Positions 1 to 64,000 of a stretch of DNA of 64,000 nucleotides are shown here, piece by piece (within the stretch, counting starts at the first letter, position 1; each line of letters starts with the position of its first letter). The notes under the pieces are model-generated. The model did no database searches, was not told where the DNA came from, and saw nothing but the letters and a program-made list of their open reading frames with translations. The stretch is from Laetmonice hystrix. Its lineage: Eukaryota. The stretch is taken from positions 39,248,001-39,312,000 of the forward strand of contig OZ249436.1 in the NCBI GenBank assembly GCA_965235115.1. Direction: 5' to 3'. The translations under genes were made by a program, and so were the position numbers.

Positions 1-725
1 AGGACCTCTGGGGATAAGTCGTCTGTGACGTAGACTCCCTGCCACTTTCTATTGTCTCGTAGACCCGATGTGTGTCGAAAGAGTTCTTGTTTCGCTTGAG
101 TGGTCGAGAACTTGACCATTACCGATCTTGGCCTAGTATTGTTCTTCTTGGGACCCAGCCTGTACACACTGTCGACAATACACGTCGTCAAATCCACTTT
201 CAGGTCCCGGAATAACTCCACTACCTTTGCCCTGACATTATCCTCACCGACCTCAGTTAGCCCACCAATAATTATGTTTTTCTTTCTCTTTTCGTTTTCC
301 AATATGGCAAGCTTTTTTTCTACCGAGCTTAGTTTCAGTTCATATGCTCTCACTTTGGTCTGTGCGTCTTCCAGTTGATCGGATAAGCTGGACATATCAT
401 TCTCAATTCGGTCCACCCGGTCTGTGAGCGCCTCATTCTTCTCCTTTAACGTATCAACTGTTGCATTTATTGTTTCGATATGTCTGTCCAGCTTCTCGTT
501 CGCGGCACTAATGGTTGATTTGATATCAGACAACTGTTTACATACGTCTGCATTACCTGCTTGAGTCTTCAGGATCTCCCTCATCAAGTCATTCATATCT
601 ATTGTTTTCTTATCACTGGGTTCACTTGTGTTCACGCTCACCTGAGGTGTTCTGTTGTCCTGGCCTGAGCACTCAGCCTTTTCCACGCTCCTGGTTTTGA
701 TTTTTGACATGTCCTTAGGGCCCAT
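1..725 (-). CDS. Non-LTR retrotransposon (LINE) ORF1-type protein, coiled coil plus RRM-like region; runs off the window
   Basis: Open from ATG at 725 for 241 codons to the edge (MGPKDMSKIK...LENEKRKKNIIIGGLTE...VYRLGPKKNNTRPRSVMVKF...VYVTDDLSPE). Absent from the ORF track because there is no stop in the window. An AACATGGCGG motif near 850 is a plausible element 5' end. Confidence 0.75.
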   Translation of the reverse strand, partial: MGPKDMSKIKTRSVEKAECSGQDNRTPQVSVNTSEPSDKKTIDMNDLMREILKTQAGNADVCKQLSDIKSTISAANEKLDRHIETINATVDTLKEKNEALTDRVDRIENDMSSLSDQLEDAQTKVRAYELKLSSVEKKLAILENEKRKKNIIIGGLTEVGEDNVRAKVVELFRDLKVDLTTCIVDSVYRLGPKKNNTRPRSVMVKFSTTQAKQELFRHTSGLRDNRKWQGVYVTDDLSPEV

Positions 726-1037
726 TGGTATCTCCGCAGTAAATGTGAGGGTTATGCTGTTCTCTAATCAAGTATTTGGTATTGACGACCGTATATACGG
801 CAATAACGCAGAGGAGCCGACACGTCAACCTGTACTCAGTCCGCCATGTTGTTTCTATTTTGGATGGCAGACCATGGAACTGAGAATGTACTTATCGAAC
901 ATATGCAGGCATTACTCAGAGAAAACATGCAACCCATTCGTACTTCAACTGATATCCATTTGCCAGTACCTGGCCTGTAGGATGGAAATGAAATCCGATT
1001 TGAATACCACGTACGGATCTTTTCCTCAACTCTTTAA

Positions 1038-1228
1038 AGCCGCTTTCACATGTAGACGGTTTGCGGCGTGCGGCGTGCGGCGTGCGGCGTGCGGCGTGCG
1101 GCGTGCCGGCGTGCGTTTTTGCAACAATGGAACAACTGAAAATAGATATAACCGTTCACATGCCTCCGGTTTACGGCGTGCGACGATTTACATTTGTTAC
1201 CGCACATCGTATGTATGTGAAAGCCGCT
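1038..1228. mobile_element. PIF/Harbinger-type MITE with internal (GCGGCGT)n repeat
   Basis: Imperfect TIR agccgctttcacat / atgtgaaagccgct with TAA on both flanks. Confidence 0.7.
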
Positions 1229-1309
1229 TAAAGCAGGATAGGTGCACCCACTTTGAGAATCACAAACTGGTTCTGCCCAACCCAAAAGATATCATTTGAA
1301 CTTATTTAA

Positions 1310-1910
1310 AGGAGAAGTCTAGTCAAAAATCACATGACAACCGTGTAAAAATCACTGGCTTCAGCAGCGCAGCCATTAGTGGGGCTTGTGCCCATCTATT
1401 GCATGCCGGGGCTAGGCTAAAGGCGACCGAAGCGGGTGGGCAAATCGACGGGGGTCAGTCCCACAGTCACAGTCACAGTCACAACTAAACGCAAGAGGTC
1501 TACTGCCAGTGCCCGGTCGTAGTCAGAGTGGGGCCCGGGCCAAAGTGGCGCTGAGCTCCATCAATATCACACCTCCGAGCGGGACTAATTGAATGCAGGC
1601 GGCCGAAATCCACGGCTGCCCAGATCCGTGTCCACCCTGATATATCCCCTGACATCGGTAGGCTTAATTCCTAGCCATTCCTCATCACTATCGATGGTTT
1701 TCGTCTGTGTTCTAACAAATTTTGCTTAGAGAGGTCTAAGCTGTCAACGTTCGCTACCTTCCGAATCGCAAAACGCAACAGGTGCGTCAGTTTTTAGTTC
1801 TTCCCAAACTGGAGAGCAGTCGTGCTGTGATTGGTCAGGCCGAGGTCGAGCATGCGCAATTTGGGATTAGCCCAACGAGCAGACGCTATGGCGGCCTCCA
1901 CCAGCTGAGC
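1310..1910 (+). mobile_element. Non-autonomous DNA transposon (Kolobok-like TTAA|AGG end); related copy at about 61233-63150
   Basis: ttaa|aggagaagtctagtc versus ttaa|aggcaaagtccagtc at 61233; long shared blocks 1490-1910 and 62420-63150. Confidence 0.55.
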
Positions 1911-3467
1911 TTAACTATTTGAGCACCAATTGTGTTCAAATCTTTTGTAACTTGCTTAGAATATGACGGCCTGTGTGTCTGGCCTGTACAGACTGGCGAT
2001 TTTCTTATCTTTTAACAAGGAACTCATACTAACAGATATTTCTGGATGGCAAGTTAGGACTCCTTTGCCTCGCCAAGAGTCCCACTGTTTCAACCCGCCC
2101 GTGACCACAGCATATATAATCTTCATTCAGGACTCCCTCGGGCATATGACGTCACTTCCTGGACTCTGGAACTCTGGATTAATGGCCATGTTTGGCAACC
2201 GGATACATGGCCAAATGGAGGTGTGTAGCGAGGCACTGAGTGAACCATCATATCCCATCGAGCCAGGAAGTAGTGCATTATTGACACCTGCTCCTTCGGC
2301 GTTATATGTGCAAATATAAATTTCTGGTATGAAAGGGAACGTTTGAAGAAGAAAATGAATCACCTAATTTACCTAAATGGGCGTGATGCGGTAATTTATC
2401 AAATTATGGGAAGCAATATGGCCGCGCCCATGAACGACAATACCACGACACATGGTAGGACTACTTGTATCATAAACACGATACTATCGTAATATTGCCC
2501 ACTGACTTTGGAGAAAGCACTGTAGGCCTATTTTAGTTGCTTCCATGCCTGATGCAGGCAAAATACTGCAAGCATTGCCGTGCTGGCGAGAGTCCCAGTT
2601 AAATGTACTCGCGATGCAATGCTCAAAATGGCGCCTATTTCACCCGAGGCTACTTTCGAAGATATGGCCGAGGATTCCCGAATGGTATAATCTTGTGGTT
2701 TCTCACGCTCTCATCACACGCAGGGAGGGGACAGGAGGATTCCCCAACAGGTGCTTGTAATGTAAACAAACATTCGTCCGCATGATTAGGCTATTTGCTG
2801 CAACGGTTGAATAGGCAACATGCCACGCACAGGGCACAACTTCAGCTAAAAAACGCAGGAAACGTGAACGAGATATTAGTAGGCCTATATCCCAGCCTTG
2901 GATTTTTATCTGTGATACTGGAGTTTTTCGGGGTGAGACTTTGGACGTTTGGTCCGATTTGAACATGGCATCTGGGTGAACAATTGAATCAGTACTCATA
3001 CTATAGGCCTAGTATTAAGAAGGGTCTCAAATTGTCGGTTACAGCCATGAAAAGTATCGGCTGAGAACCTCAACTGACAGGTGCGTGTCACGTGACACCA
3101 GGAAATTCCTCCGGCCATTCCTAGTTCCAGTTCAAATGGCGCCTCAATGCACAAGAACGGATTTACGGTGCACGACCGACGAATTCATGTTAATATGTCC
3201 AGATTATCGTTCCTTTCTCAGCTAAACGGCAGGCGTTTCTGCTTGATGTTGAAAGCATTTGGGAAAATATTGGAAAATTGTCAACCTTGGATGTACGTAG
3301 TATAGTCGTTTAAGAACACAGTTGTGCAAATTCCGAGTCTTTTGTATTAAAATGGTTTTTTGATATCACTTCTTTTTTTTTTGGGGGGGGGGGGCTGTAC
3401 CCCACTGGTTCTTATCTTTACCTTAGGATTTTTTGGTGGTACGGAATTTTACCCTTTTACCCTCCTA

Positions 3468-64000
<60,533 letters not shown>

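Noticed and set aside
655..1299. 214-aa plus-strand ORF
   Set aside because: It spans a LINE 5' end and a MITE microsatellite; no protein features.

Overview
Animal (probably invertebrate) genomic DNA. The whole window lies inside one minus-strand ABCC4/MRP4-like ABC transporter gene. I reconstructed 25 exons by hand (about 1063 codons, phases consistent, no stops); both ends of the gene are outside the window. One 44.1-kb intron (8678-52768) is a transposon nest. It holds a young Gypsy LTR retrotransposon A (9970-36726, TSD GTGT). A's 5' LTR carries a second Gypsy element B (11309-18914, TSD GTAG), and A's RT is split by an 8.6-kb Harbinger-like TIR element that contains further nested MITEs. 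Downstream of A lie LINE, Harbinger and Gypsy relics. The most unusual signals are: (i) four spaced copies of a two-hairpin RNA motif with conserved loops and co-varying stems in the 3' UTR of element B; (ii) membrane-type ORFs upstream of and within element A gag, including one with a perfect 11-residue Trp repeat; (iii) a possible fossil LTR end plus tRNA-Pro PBS just before the current tRNA-His PBS; (iv) a GC-AG intron in the host gene. All calls come from manual reading; no database searches were run.
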